A stretch of 64,000 nt of DNA from Tubiluchus corallicola (Eukaryota; Animalia; Priapulida). The position numbers were made by a program, and so were the translations under genes. The stretch spans positions 1 to 64,000 of the forward strand of contig JAQGDQ010000576.1 in the NCBI GenBank assembly GCA_030141605.1. Reading direction: 5' to 3'. Positions 61,777-64,000 of the stretch are shown here, in pieces (position 1 is the stretch's first letter; the number at the start of each line of letters is the position of its first letter). Below the pieces are notes generated by a model, which worked only from the letters and a program-made list of their open reading frames with translations, made no database searches and had not been told where the DNA came from.

Positions 61777-63284
61777 TGTGAAAGTTGGAATTGTACATTT
61801 TAATTAGGTGCTGCCATCTATGAGCTAATCCTGTTACATTCTACCAGCTGACTCACCCCCAGTATAATTGTATGGTCCAGTGAATGCATATTCACTGGTT
61901 CTCTCCCTATTTTAAAGTAATGGTTGTTGTGAAGCCTGTGCAAGTCTGCATAGGTCACCTATACCTATATATACTGACTGGTTTTGCTTTCTAGTCACTC
62001 TCACTCTCAGTGTTCAGTGCAGGTGACTCTCACACTCTAACTCTCAGTGTACAGTGCAGGAGTCTCTCTCACTCTCACTCTCAGTGTTCAGTGCAGGACA
62101 CTCTCACTCTCACTCAGTGTTCAGTGCAGGAGACTCTCACTCTCGGTGTTCAGTGCAGGAGACTCTCACACTCTCACTCTCAGAGTTCAGTGCAGGAGAC
62201 TCTCACTCTCAGTGTTCAGTGCAGGAGACTCTCTCACTCTCACCTGTGTTCAGTGCAGGAGACTCTCACTCTCTCACTCTCAGTGTTCAGAGAAGGAGGC
62301 TCTCACACTCTCACTCTCAGTGTTCAGCGCAGGAGACTCTCACTCTCTAACTCTCAGTGTTCAGTGCAGGAGACTCTCACTCTCTAACTCTCAGAGTTCA
62401 GTGCAGGAGACTCTCACTCTCACTCTCACTCTCAGAGTTCAGTGCAGGAGACTCTCACTCTCACTCTCACTCTCAGAGTTCAGTGCAGGAGACTCTAACT
62501 CTCTCACTCTCAGTGTTCAGTGCAGGAGACTCTCACACTCTAACTCTCAGTGTTCAGTGCAGGAGACTCTCACACTCTAACTCTCAGTGTTCAGTGCAGG
62601 AGACTCTCACACTCTAACTCTCAGTGTTCAGTGCAGGAGACTCTCACTCTCACTCTCAGTGGTCAGTGCAGCTCTAGCCCTCAGTGTTCAGTACAGGAGA
62701 CTCTCACACTCTAGCCCTCAGTGTTCAGCGCAGGAGACTCTCACACTCTAGCCCTCAGTGTTCAGCGCAGGAGACTCTCACACTCTAACTCTCAGTGTTC
62801 AGTGCAGGAGACTCTCACACTCTAACTCTCAGTGTTCAGTGCAGGAGACTCTCACTCTCACTCTCAGTGTTCAGTGCAGGAGACTCTCACACTCTAGCTC
62901 TCAGAGTTCAGTGCAGTAACTCTCAGTGTTCAGTGCAGGAAACTCTCACTCTCACTCTCAGTGTTCAGTGCAGGAGACTCTCACACTTTAACTCTCAGTG
63001 TTCAGTGCAGGAGACTCTCTCATACTCTAACTCTCAGTGTTCAGTGCAGGAGACTCTCTCACTCTCTAACTCTCAGTGTTCAGTGCAGGAGACTCTCTCT
63101 CTCTCACTCTCAGTGTTCAGTGCAGCAGTCGTGCTACTCATGTTTTCTGTAGTTTAATAAACACTTTTCTGTTGTCTGCAGTGCAAATATGTATTATATA
63201 TTTTTTATTCTTGTTCATACTTCTGTGCCCTAAACTCAATCATAACAAAGTGAGTGATCAACAACTTCAAACATGACTTTCACA
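61777..63284 (+). mobile_element. solo LTR family A, copy 3, with greatly expanded internal minisatellite (~61995-63125)
   Basis: TGTGAAAG...CTTTCACA termini; perfect 5-bp TSD CTGAG. Confidence 0.88.
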
Positions 63285-63479
63285 CTGAGGTTTTTTGTTA
63301 AGCTAAAACGTCTGTCAGTTGATTGTTGATAATTGAAGATTGTATGTATGAATTAATAAACAGTATTGTAAAGATGTAATATCTATACATTCAATGAGCT
63401 GAATGAAAGAACTGTTCTGTACAAATTTACTTAATTTACGTTGCCTTGAAATATTTGCATTTTTTCTATCTCGGATGAA

Positions 63480-63934
63480 TTCTTATCGTCTCTCACCCAT
63501 ATACTCTCTCAAGTATGGGCCATAACTGTAATGACATAGTAGCTAAAACTCTGATCAATACATTTTGTCTACAAATTTTGTTATACGGATGCGAAATTGG
63601 GGGTATATCAAACAATGAAGTTAATGCCATAAGGGTAAAATGGAACACAGCTTATAGAAAAATATTGGGTTTTAGACAAAATGAAAGCGTCAAATTGTTA
63701 ATGTATTTTTGTGGCACAACGCCTGCGAATTATTTAATAGATAGTCGAAAATTAAACTTTGTGAGAAAAATTATAAACTCTTGCACATTGAGAATTCCAA
63801 AGCTGTGCTACTATGTAAATAACAGTCGAGTAAATTTAAGATTCAAATATGGTTGTACTGTAGATCTAAAGGAAAATGTAAAATTAAAGGTTAAGAACTC
63901 ATTTAAAGATTATGTTTTAAGATATCTATTATAG
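63480..63934 (+). mobile_element. LINE (CR1/L2-group) ORF2 C-terminal fragment
   Basis: LINTFCLQILLYGCE...WNTAYRKILG is typical of the region after the RT domain. Confidence 0.7.
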
Positions 63935-64000
63935 CTCCTTACAACACTGTATAATGTAATATAATTACAAGGGAACTACAATGTGTGGTTATTATAAAGT

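Overview
AT-rich, intron-containing animal genomic DNA; the 5S-derived sequence looks lophotrochozoan-like, which is an inference. There is one assembly gap at 16837-17135. The minus strand carries an ANKRD49-like ankyrin gene (3 coding exons seen, running off the window start) and a UFSP2/odr-8-like Ufm1-specific protease gene (8 exons reconstructed with GT-AG boundaries and consistent phases, 15081-53327; the 5' exons were not found). A 21-kb UFSP2 intron (24122-45337) holds a tandem array of six intact, intronless rhodopsin-class GPCR genes on the opposite strand. These receptors lack the TM3/ECL2 disulfide and the aminergic Asp3.32, vary mainly in ligand-facing segments and look mosaic. 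A plus-strand gene with three matrin/JAZ-type zinc fingers and a perfect 48-bp coding repeat lies at 58072-59501, probably also nested in UFSP2. The rest is rich in repeats: a SINE with a near full-length 5S rRNA head (5 copies), tRNA-derived SINEs, solo LTRs (one family with an expanding internal minisatellite), many MITEs with readable TSDs, LINE remnants and minisatellites. All calls were made by eye; no searches were run.
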